Source of the DNA: Paecilomyces variotii
Taxonomy: Eukaryota
DNA length: 64,000 nucleotides
NCBI GenBank assembly: GCA_004022145.1
Contig: RCNU01000001.1
Reading direction: 5' to 3' (one strand)
The position numbers and the translations under genes were made by a program. Each line of letters begins with the position of its first letter. Positions within the stretch are counted from its first letter, which is position 1. The notes beneath the pieces are model-generated. The model was not told the origin of the DNA, did not search any database, and worked only from the letters and a program-made list of their open reading frames with translations. Of this stretch, positions 1 through 11,073 are shown piece after piece.

Positions 1-99
1 GCGCAGCACATGCGGATTAATGGACTAATTTGTCGTACCTTCTATGTTGTCTCTTTCTTACCCACCCATTTACATTGATACAATCTGGTGTAATCTCAT

Positions 100-3000
100 T
101 CAGAGCAGACAGGAAATGACGTCTTTCAAATCTCTGAAAGGCGCTGCATCAGGACCCATACTCTGAAGCGTCTGTTCCAACCATTTCGCTGCTTTCTTGT
201 CGACAAGTTCCCATATTTCTTTCCTGTCAGATGCTTTCTCTTCCAAGAATGTCCTGACCAGCAATGTGGCCAGGAGTCTGGATATGGTATTATCGAAAAA
301 AGGATCTTCGTGGTTTCCAAGTCCATACTTCTCAGAAGCAGCATTCAGCTCTTCCTCGAGCTTAGGCTCAACCTTTGCATGGTCTATACCGAGTATCTGA
401 AGGAGTTGAGTGGTCCAGTCCCAGGATCCTTCGAATGCCTGCAGGCCAATGATCTGATGGACTTTGTCCGTGTCTCCAGGGGCTGAAGGCGCCGATGGCG
501 AGACATCACAAGAGCGTACAACACATCGGGGCCTTGCAGTCCTATAAGCGGTCTGTGGCACAATTCCTCTCCCTGAGCGATCTGAATGTTCAGTCAGATT
601 GGTATCTGTCAAGTTCTCATGAGAAGGGAATGAGGATCGCGGGGTACCATGAAGTAGTGCGCCCACGGGGAACAGTGACTGACCAGAAGGGGATAAAGGG
701 TTGTTTGTGTTTAGATTGGGTGGAGAAGCGAAGGGGCTTCTTGATAGATTCGAGGAACCAAAAAAGGAAACACCTTGGCTTGGAGGGAATCTTGTTGCGG
801 GAGAGGGTTGTGATGTTTGAGGAGAGCCACCGAACAAAGACGAAATGCGAGGTGACGGAGACTGAGAAGTAGAACCGAAGAAGCCACCTGAATTGGATGG
901 GCAACCAAACTGGGGAGCTCCATGATTGTTAGGTAAGGTCGATGATCCAGAGAAGAGCGTTGTTCTTGGAATTGAGGCACAACGGACCAGAGGAGTGCCA
1001 GAAGAACTTGAAGCAGGAATAGGGGTTTTACCATTATTTCCAAATGAACAGAAATCCGCCCGACCATGCGGAGGAACGTAAGTGCCTCTTGCGAGAGGAC
1101 GGAGAGTCGCCTGTTGTGCCATTTGCACATGTTGCTGTCCTGTTTTGCAAATGAGTTCAGTGGGATTGTTCGTCCTATATTGGCCATTCGCAATGTTATA
1201 AGCTGAAACTTACCTTGAGGAATCCCACCTCCACGGCCTCCATGAAGAAAGCGTCCTGAGCCTCCACCGCGTGTTCCAAAAGCAGTTGACGCATTAGCAT
1301 GCTCTGTCGAAGAAATTTGGCATTGCGAGACTGGCGTATTCATGGAGTTATCATTCTGCAGAGCCACGAAAGAACACCATCGTCCGGCTATCTGGAACTT
1401 CGTTCCCAGACGGACACATTCGCGAGCGACGATATTCTCCCACTTGCTGTCACACATGTCCTTCACCAAATTCCCATCTGCGGTTTTGGCATTGAGCAGC
1501 CAGCCACGTCCTTCTTCCAATTCCAACACTGCTCTCTTAGCAGCCAGTTGGTGGACAGTCTCTCCGATCCCGGCGTCCTGTATGGGGATTCTCAATGACA
1601 AAGACCCATGTTTCGAAGTTCCCCGAAAAATGAGGTCCTTGGGGGTCTTGCCTGCTGTTTCTGGCGAAAATATGATATAGATATTCGACCTGATGAAAGG
1701 GAACAACGAAGGGACCTTCCCGGGAGCTTGGAGTATATTCGGCACTGGAATAGTAGGAAGGTCCTTGAAACGGTCTGTGACGGGTATTTTGCCGTTTCCC
1801 GTCTTCAATTCTGGTTCTTGATAAGAATTGTCGAAAAGGGATATCGGCTCGGTGGTTTTCTTCATCGCTTTCTCGCCCTTCGAGTGTTCATTTGTAGATT
1901 CCGTGGACTCGACCATGGGGATTGTATTTGCTGCATCGACCATCTCGAAGTCATCATCACTGTCGACGGCAGCATACTCAACTTCGAGTGACAAGTCGTT
2001 GATGTGAGGAGACAAGGCTCCCTTGAGCATGCGGATAACCTTTTTATCAAGCTCTTCGTCCTCGAGAACAAACTGAGAAAAACCGTTTCCTGCACGTGCA
2101 ATGCCCTCGACTAGGGAAGATGATGCACCGCTTCCGATTCCAAGAGAGAAAAAGCGAACAGTGTTCTCTTTAGATGCCTCATTGATGAGAGAAAAGAGAC
2201 TATTCTGCTCCCAGATGTCGCCGTCGGTCAGGAGAAGTACCTCTAACTCCCTGTCCTTGAATCGGTTTTTCAGCGTCGCATCTACAGCTTGGTACATCTC
2301 TGTGCCTCCCATGTTACTTGCGATTGTGTTCACGTAGTCGAGAGCTGCCTCCAGGCAAGCAGCATCGACATCCTTGCTGCGTTGCCACATGAAAGAATAC
2401 GAACTGCCGAATGAGCAGATATTGAACATGACGCCAACGGGCAAGGACTTCAAGAAGACCCTCAACGCAGACTGCAGGGTAGGTATGTTTGAAGCCATGC
2501 TACCGCTTCTGTCGATGACGAAGACTATCTCCGGAGTGTTGTCCGGGAGACCGAACTTGGGCACAAGAGATGTCATCAGTGCTCTTTGGTTGGGAATAGA
2601 TGGATGCGTCTCCAGAAAGGCCACAGGTTGATCCTGACCTTCTGCATTGACGACCATGACGAAGTCTCTTTCTAAAAGGACCTGGCCTTTACGGAGAGAC
2701 AAGGTAGCTGACGCCTGGTGTGGCTCGAAGACAGAATCCGGGCTGCGAGAGGTCCGGCCTAGACTTATGGCCAGTGGATGGCTCGTGGATTGAAGCCCTC
2801 GGATCACAGATCCCTTTTCCATCATCACGTCCACAGTGATCGTAAGTCCACCACGCTGAACTAGACCAGACCAAGTGCTCGATTGGGCACCCTGATCGTC
2901 TCGGACATTTCCGTATCGAGGAGCAATGACACTGGGAATGGTGAACCGGACACCATTAGTCTGTCCATCCTGTCGAAGCTCTCCTACGTAAGTGATGGCC

Positions 3001-3407
3001 ACTACCACTTTGCTGTCGGCGGGGATATTGCCGAGCTTTGTCCGGAAGACATCGGAGGCGTCAGTCATCTGCTCAAGCAAACCGGCAGTCTGGCCTGATT
3101 CAACGGCTTGATTGTATTCAGCACTGGCTTGCTGTCTCTCTTTCACCAGGCCATGAAGAACTCGGTCTCCGACGTGACAGCTGAAAGCTACCACGCTGAC
3201 ACCATCATACAGGGGAAACATGTACGAAACGTTCTCGATAGCTTCATGTTTCGATGGATTGATAAAGGTCTGCGTCAGAGTAGTCCTGCAAGTGGAAGAC
3301 AAGATAGTGGAATGGACATTGAGGTCCACCTGAGGAAGATATTCCAGGCCACGCGAGGACAGGTATGCACATCCGCAAAGAGAGCGGCCATAGATAGAAC
3401 CAGACAT
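100..3407 (-). CDS. VIT + von Willebrand factor A domain protein (VWA5A/PARP4-like module, no PARP domain), ~1077 aa; exons 3407-1214 and 1139-100
   Basis: N-terminal VIT-like region (TTLTQTFINP, YMFPLYDGVSVVAF) and vWA MIDAS residues (VFVIDRSGSM, GGTEM, LLTDG). A 74-nt GTAAGT...CAG intron (1213-1140) joins the 898-aa and 342-aa ORFs in frame (3234 nt). C-terminus has the IIGLQAFEGSW...WELVDKKAAKWL motifs typical of this family. Confidence 0.9.
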
Positions 3408-4807
3408 GACTGCTAATTTGGAAAGGCAGGAGAAAAACAGAGTTGTTTGAGTATAAGCCGTTTGAAGGAGATAACCCGAGAGAAATAAGCGAAAGTACAG
3501 TAGTTGACTCGAGTCTTTGAAAAGGAGATAGTCGTGCTTGGGCGTAGCAAGAAGACTTCTTGTATATTGTCTTTGTTATTGTTTGCAAAGATTCTTCTGT
3601 CAAAAAGTATTTCGAATAGATGGAGTAGATAATAGATGGTAGATGAAGATGTGAGGAATGATGCATCAGAGTTGTATTCTGAGATTTATTTTATAGTCTT
3701 CAGAAGTGGTACAATAACTTGAGGCTTGTGGTACGATAGGCAGCCATCGGAAGACACCCGCCCGTTATGGTAAAATCCAGCACGGAAGCCTTGGTATCAA
3801 CCAACGCGATCATTAATTGATTTATACTTCATTCGCGAGGAATAATAATAATAATCATACATGGCTGATCAACTGGACTAGGGCACAGCCTTCTTCGGGA
3901 AAGTAGCTGAATTTAGCCTTCAAGGACATCCTCGCCAAAAGATGGGAGTATACGAAATGTGATCCGATGAGGTCAACCCAAGGCTTATTCAAGGTTAGTG
4001 GACTGTTCGTGAATCCGTTGAATAAAAAAGCCTAGTAGATTGCATCGCGGAACTTCTTGATGGAAGTGACCAAATCGGTGATTAAGTATTTTTCTTCCTT
4101 TTGGCCGACAGGATTGGTGCCTGAGGGCCGACACTGAATGTGATTTTCACATCACATCTACTCAACAGGACAAAAACATCGTCATTTGACACAGAACAGT
4201 ACAAGTATCCAGTTGGGAAAAGCATGTCTCTCTTTTGGGCCCCGGCAGCGTTGCGATCTCCGGGTCCATGCAACGCATCCATGGGCGAACGAGATCGGAT
4301 CTTGCTTCAGGATTAGTTAGTACTTAGGTATCGGAGCTAAGATAGGACCACATAGTCAGAGGAAGGACGTGGAGCTGTTGTGGGCTCAATTGAGCGAAGG
4401 AATATTGCAGTTCTCACGGCTTCCAGTATGACATACTTGCAACGCTGAGAGGAGATCTCTGAATACGATGATGGTCTGGAGAATGCCCAATCCAGCGAGT
4501 GGCGGCGGCAGCAAATAATACCGCCAAGAGATTCAGCTGACTCCAGACGCAACTCAACATCCTCAATCTTGACAATGCGAAGAGACTGGTGCTCTGGTCC
4601 ATCTAATCGTCGTATACCAGAATATATACTGCGTGGGTGACGGCTATTAGAGATCGGTCGTAACCAACAAACGACGTCGCATTCGCGAGTAAAAAAAGAA
4701 AAGAAAAGGAAAGGAAACGAAATGGAAATACAACAATGGATAAAGCCTGTATTCGCCATCTCTCAATCAATATACACGTCGGAAGCAAGTGATATAAGAG
4801 ATAAGAA

Positions 4808-5767
4808 TCAGCGGCGACTATCCCAATGCCATATTTCATCAGGCCATTTGTCCAGTCCCAGATTCCGGCGGATACGCATTTGGAGATTATACATCGATAT
4901 ATTACCCGTGTCAACAACATCAAATTCTTCAGCACAACTAAAACCTGAAAAGTCCGACCCAGCTTCAAAGAAGAACTGTTTCATCCATTTCCTGGTATCC
5001 TTGAGTGGGCATATTAAAGGAGTCTTCATACCCGAAGACAACCCTTGTGAGATAAATTCTGGGAATGTTATCGGCACGAATTTATGAAAGGTGTCCACAT
5101 ATAAATTCCGGCCGAGTACTTGAAGATCTGAAACGATTATAACTTTTGCCAAAGGATGCTTGTTGAACTTGCAAATATGTCTGACGAATCCAAGTCCACT
5201 TCCATGGAACAGAATTTCATTATAGTAGTGTTCATTACCAATATGGTCTTTATATTGGATGGATCTGAGCTTTTCCATCAAGTCAAGTTTGCCGAGGAAT
5301 GCGATAGTGAGGCAAGGACAAATATCAACTTGGCCAGCCAGTAGCATGCAATCGAATTGTCCATAAAGTTGTAGAGTACCAGGATATGTCTTTGGAAAAT
5401 GGTATAACCGTGGACTATGCCATGCAGAACGAGGGTGGAGGTTCCAGCATTCATCACAATATCTCCAACGTTTATTTTGAATCTGGCGGAGTAGCTTTAT
5501 TCTAGGCCGTTTTTCGATCTCGACATTAGGGCATAACGTTGGCCGCTTTTCGCGTTGAAGAAGCTGAGGCAGGCTTATTCCTCGAGCATTAAGAAACGAG
5601 AGGAAACAAGCGTATAAGTGTTTACAACTCAGAGACAAGCATATTTGGTCCGGCGCCGAAAGAAAAATAAAGATGATATGGATATTCTCTGACGGAATTT
5701 CTGTGATGAACGTTGAGTACTGTCGTCCGAATACGGATTTGGTTATAAAGCGCCGTACCCTCCTCAT
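4808..5767 (-). CDS. Putative F-box-like protein, intronless, ~319 aa
   Basis: Long AT-rich ORF; first ATG at 5767 (the track starts at a TTG). N-terminal IPSENIHIIFIFLSAPDQICLSLSCKHLY resembles a fungal F-box, followed by YCDECWNLHP and GQVDICPC Cys motifs. Confidence 0.65.
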   Translation of the reverse strand: MRRVRRFITKSVFGRQYSTFITEIPSENIHIIFIFLSAPDQICLSLSCKHLYACFLSFLNARGISLPQLLQREKRPTLCPNVEIEKRPRIKLLRQIQNKRWRYCDECWNLHPRSAWHSPRLYHFPKTYPGTLQLYGQFDCMLLAGQVDICPCLTIAFLGKLDLMEKLRSIQYKDHIGNEHYYNEILFHGSGLGFVRHICKFNKHPLAKVIIVSDLQVLGRNLYVDTFHKFVPITFPEFISQGLSSGMKTPLICPLKDTRKWMKQFFFEAGSDFSGFSCAEEFDVVDTGNISMYNLQMRIRRNLGLDKWPDEIWHWDSRR

Positions 5768-6425
5768 ATTGGAAATGTTGAGGGATAGTCGATGCAAAGA
5801 AGATGTCTAATAGAATACGTAGTACTCGCTTATTAGGCAGATACGGGAGGTTTCCGACAGATCTTAAGTCATTTCTGCCTGGTCTTAAGGTTTTGCAAGA
5901 AAATTGGGTAGCTAAGCCTGCCTTTCTAGGCTATGAGCTAGCGTTTCATTCTATACGCCGAATAATGCAGAGTGGTTAAGACTTCATTCGCAGGGACTGT
6001 AATAACATATTTAGACCCTTTTTATAATCTGTTCGGAGAGAATGACATGAAAATGTTAGTTAAGTGTTTGCTTAGATAGAATGATTGTTGACGCAATATC
6101 ATAATCACCACTGCCATCATCACCATCTAACGTAGAGAGACTACTTTCGACTTTTTCACCGTTCTCGACTCCTGACCGTGCCACAAGATATTTTCAGGTC
6201 TCTGGAGACTAGTTTTCCGAATACGCTAGATGCGTTCTCGTCCTGAAAACGTTGGAATGATGGAAAGGCACATCCGAGTATCGGGATACCTACGAGAAGA
6301 TTGGCATAGCAGGGGCGAGTGTTCGGATCAACGGATTCTTCAACGAGGCCCTGCAGTCAAATAATTGCACCGATTGTAGGATTTCCATCCGAGTAGTGGA
6401 ATCGATGCAGAGTTCGTTGCAGAGG

Positions 6426-7652
6426 TCACCAGTACGTCGCCCACTTGCTCTTCCCTCTAACGACTTCTATAAAGTTCTCTGCGATAATTTGATCCGTTCG
6501 CTGCGACGGATGCAGCTCATCAAACCACAAGTAAGAGTCAGGACTTGGCATCCTCGTACAATCTGTGCCGTTGATGTTGCAATGATTAATGTAGCCGGTG
6601 ACATTGGCTGGTGCAGAACCGTTCAAATATGCAGTCGGGTTGTTATAAATGTCAGAGATCTGTGATCGTGCGTTAGCTACCCTTCACTTTGCTTGCGCAA
6701 GTCCAAGAAAAAGGAAAAAACAGCGACTTACTAGTCCGTACATATCCATCACGGCAAAATGTGCCCCGGGATATCTTCTCGCGACAAGAAGCTCAAAAGG
6801 TGTCCGGTACTTGTACACTTCGTTTACTAGGATGACTTGCTCCCACATCCGGTAGCTAATCTCAGTTCTGTTATCCGGCTTGTCTGGCCAATATTGATTA
6901 TCTCTTTTTTCTGGCGTGGCGTATAACGGCGTGAGCTGTAGAGGAGCAAGATTCATCAGAACGAAGTATCTAGCGCCGTTGGCATAGATCAGGTCAAATG
7001 CACTGTATACGCATTCGATGTAATCAGAAATTGTCTTATTTGCGACCTGCGAGTCGGAGAGGAAGGCATCAACTCCTAGATCATTGGTGCCGATCCACAT
7101 TGAGTATACAGTCTCCTGGGCAGGAATGTCAAGGAACTTCTGGCCAGGTTGTGTGACATATTTGCTATCCGCAATGTAGGCGGGTACTTCGTACTCTAGG
7201 ACTGAAGGAAATGGCGCTTTTATTGTTGAGAATGTCCGCGGTGTTATCAAATTAGAGCAGACGGCACCAGCGACAGCGTAGTCGTATAGGTTCACGCCCG
7301 CGTAATCTGCGACAAACCGCGGCCATATGTAGCCACCAGATGCTGTATCGTTATTCTGTAATTTGTCAATTGTCAAAACACATACCATTTCACTGGTCGT
7401 TCATGGAATCAAGGAACTAAATCATGAGCTGATCAAAAGAAGATTTTTGCTTACAATTGGGTCGACCCAGCCCACTGGTGGTGCGGAGCCATTATGACTA
7501 GCAAAGTAATCCAGTCGAGATTCATCTGTATAGCTGTCTCCAAAGGCGACAAGGCTCTTGAATGACTTCAAATTCCAAGCAGTGCTTGGAAGAGCGGCAG
7601 TGGCAGCTACCCAGCTAGATAGAACCCAAGAGATATAATGAATTTGATGCAT
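6426..7652 (-). CDS. Secreted SGNH/GDSL acetylesterase (CE16-like), ~351 aa; exons 7652-7455, 7355-6732, 6659-6426
   Basis: Signal-peptide-like N-terminus; SGNH blocks AFGDSYTD, YAVAGAVCS, WIGTND and WFDELHPS. Two GTAAG...CAG introns; exons sum to 1056 nt. Confidence 0.9.
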
Positions 7653-7718
7653 TGTGACGATACAGTAACTGGAGTCTGAAATAAAGGATAAACTGAATCG
7701 AGCTCCATATTCGTGGGC

Positions 7719-7741
7719 ATATATATATATATATATATATA
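7719..7741. repeat. (AT)11 microsatellite in the esterase promoter
   Basis: Read directly from the sequence. Confidence 0.9.
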
Positions 7742-9588
7742 CGCAATAACAACTTCCCGTAAAACCCGACGCACTCCAATGTTCCACTCCAATACGTGGG
7801 GAAGATTCTTCCTTGGAATCCTGTAGAAGATGGAGATTATGTGCTCAGCTTACCTGTAGACAGCAAGAAGTACAGATTTGATCATGTGGGAGACTGGACG
7901 AAATGCGGGGACTCCGCATTAATCTGAGAATTCAGGATAAAGACCGGATAAATGTGAACTCGGACTACGCAACTCCAGAGAGCATATTCTTTTTTTTTTT
8001 TTTTTTTCTTTTTGTATTGCGCACAAAGATGCCGATTTCTTCGTTCCAGCGGTCATGGAAACATTTGGATGGCAAGGAGGTCGGTTCCGTTAGAGCCCCT
8101 GCAAGACTGCAAATATACACGACAGTGCCCCTGAGGCTTCATTTCATGGTCATTTGCTGGGATAGTGCCAAGCACTTCAGAGGAATCTCGGGGAGGTCTT
8201 CCGGCAAATTGTATTTGATGCCTAATTTCCCGGCCGAGGTTATGTGTTTACTTTATTTCTTTTAAAACCCCATGACTTGGATAAAAGAAATGGGGATTCA
8301 TACTCGCGCCATTATCATTTTCATAGGTATTCAGGGACTTTTAGCCTGCTGCTATCTAACTCGCCGGAGTATGAAATCAGGAGCAATGAATTTGCTGTTG
8401 CAAGTTCCACCTTACCCTAGAGAGATGCAGTCGGAAAATTGGCCGCTCCTCATTAGAAATCTGTTGCAAGTTAACCCGAGGTACTTTATAATACTGCAGA
8501 AATGTATTCGCGGATACCTTCGTAGGAATAATGGCAGCAATTCTTCAATATATTACGTAGGACAGTATCCAGGAGTGTGATGCGTATCGTTTCTAGGAGT
8601 AAATGTACAATTCACCACATTAGCTTGTCCCACAGGCAGTAGCGACCAAATTGAATGCTCATCGATTAGGACAAAACTATGTAGCAGACGCCATTCCTAG
8701 TTAATATACCATGTGATAAATTCTGATGATTTTTGCTTGATACTGCACTTGCGAGGGACTAGTCTATCTCTCAAGGTTCGCCGTGTAGCCTTATAATCAC
8801 AATCCACTGGGCGGTTGAATGTGCTAGACATATGTATGTAAGAATTAAGGCGCGTAGATGTGTTTGGCGCGACAATATACTTTAAACCCAGATTATCGAC
8901 TGCAGCTTGGACAGTTCGTTTGTAATTACTATTGTCTTATGCAGAGTATTAGAGATCTAGGGAGAAATATGCAAAAAGAGCGTCCGAGTGACGTCCATTT
9001 ATACTGTGGTCCTAGTTTATCATATAATTCCACACACAAGACTTCTATTCTATCTAGTTCTTTCACCCCCATTTTTGTATCCGCATCGAAGACAATGAAA
9101 CTCCGTTCCCCACTTATGTGTTGCTAACAAAAAGGGCCTCTTTATTTCTGGTCGTGGGACTGAACTCAGCCACTCAAAATCGAGAAGGAAATACTTTCAC
9201 ATCGCCTATTAGTTAACTATGCAAGAAGCCCACATTGTTGTTGGGCTTGGTTACTTATTAATTTATTGCGTCAACTGATAAGCTCTACAGCTTATCTGTC
9301 GGTGTTCTCGCATCCCACGGCCTCCGAGCATCCACTACCGGACAACGCTTTGAATCTCCAACTCCAGTACGCCTCTCGTCGAGAAGAATGATCGCACTTC
9401 AGCATTGCAATTGCCGCAATCTCATATTTCGCTACTCCATGGCGGAACGGGGCTGAGAGACGTTACTCCTTCAACGATGCCAACTTTTATTGCTCCTGAC
9501 TATAGCAGTTGCGATCGAGTACCCGTTACAGCGGAGCCAGCATCATAAGTAGAGAGGCAGGCGTCTTCCTAGACCGCCAATCTATGCG

Positions 9589-11073
9589 ATGCTGGAGACA
9601 TCTCTTCGTGAAGGGGATGCCGACCCTTGTGAGCTGCGCATGCCAACCAAGGAAGTTCCGGAGGTCGTTCCTTTGGAGACAGCAGGGACATCGGAAGTTT
9701 CTGACAATGAAGACTACCCTGAAGGAGGATTGCAAGCATGGCTCGTCGTGCTCGGTTCATGGTGTGCTATGCTACCTGGGATGGGCCTGCTGAATACCCT
9801 TGGAGTACTTCATGCTTGGACGGCAAGCCATCAATTGAAGGGTTATTCTGCATCAAGTATCGGCTGGATATATGGCGCTTTTGGATTTTTCCTTTATTTT
9901 TGCGGTGCACAAGTCGGTATGTAACTGTATTGAATTCAACTTGCGGATCTAACAGAGAACACGGCATCTGACTATCCTCTGTAGGGCCAATCTTCGATGC
10001 ACACGGTGCAAAGTATCTTCTTATTCCAGCATCTGTCGGTATAGTTGCTTCGATGATATGCTTGAGCTTCAGCACTGGTACGTATCCCCACAACACTAGC
10101 TGTCAGCCTGCTTTCGATGCCGCCTAGAATGCTTCCATGTATCGAAATACCTAACACTCCAACAGAATACTATCAGATCTTCCTATCGTTCAGCGTGCTC
10201 GGGGGTATTTCGACCTGCGCAATGTTCAACCCAGCGATAGCTTCCATCGGCCATTGGTTCAATGTTCGCAGAGGCTACGCGACCGGTATTGCGTGTACCG
10301 CCGGGGGACTGGGCGGCGTCATCTTTCCTATCATCATTCTGTTTGCGGCTCCGAAGATTGGCTTCCCGTGGGCGATGCGCATCATTGCACTTTTCAGTGC
10401 GGTCGTATGTGTAGTGGCATGTCTTTTGCTCAAAACACGCCTACCGCTCAATAAGAAAGCGGGTATGTCCATCGATTTCAAAGCATTAAGAGATGTCAAA
10501 TATGCTTCGACAACCGCTGCAATTTTCCTGGTCGAATTCGCAGTCTTTATTCCGTACACATATATCCCCTCATACGCTGTGTACGCCGGCCTAGATGATA
10601 CGCTTTCTTATTCTCTGATTATCTTTCTGAATCTTGGCGCAGTGCCAGGGCGCTTCTTCCCTGGTTTGATTGCCGACAAACTAGGCCGGTTCAACGTTAT
10701 GATACTAACGTCTTCGATATGTTCGATCTTGACACTAGCTCTGTGGTACACGTCCGGGAGCAATGAAGCAGCCATAATCTGCTATGCGGTATTTTTTGGC
10801 TTCTGGAGCGGAGCAGCTATCAGTCTAACCCCCGTGTGCATTTCTCAAGTGTGCGCAACAGAGGATTATGGCAAGAGGAACGGGACAACCTTCACGATTA
10901 CCAGTATCGGAACACTGACTGGTATTCCCATCGCTGGTGCCATCCAACAACGTGATCACGGGGAGTACGGCGGTCTTATGCTCTTTGGAGGGATACTTTA
11001 TTTAGCGGCGACTGTTGCGTTTGTCATCGCCCGCGTAATCAGTCGAGGTTGGTCCCTGAAGGTCATATTCTAG
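9589..11073 (+). CDS. MFS monocarboxylate-transporter family (MCT/Mch-like) protein, ~442 aa; exons 9589-9916, 9985-10077, 10166-11073
   Basis: YPEGGLQAWLVVLGSW and GHWFNVRRGYATGIA motifs plus many hydrophobic helices. Introns GTATGT..TAG and GTACGT..CAG have CTAAC/CTGAC branch sites; exons sum to 1329 nt. Start codon is less certain. Confidence 0.9.
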
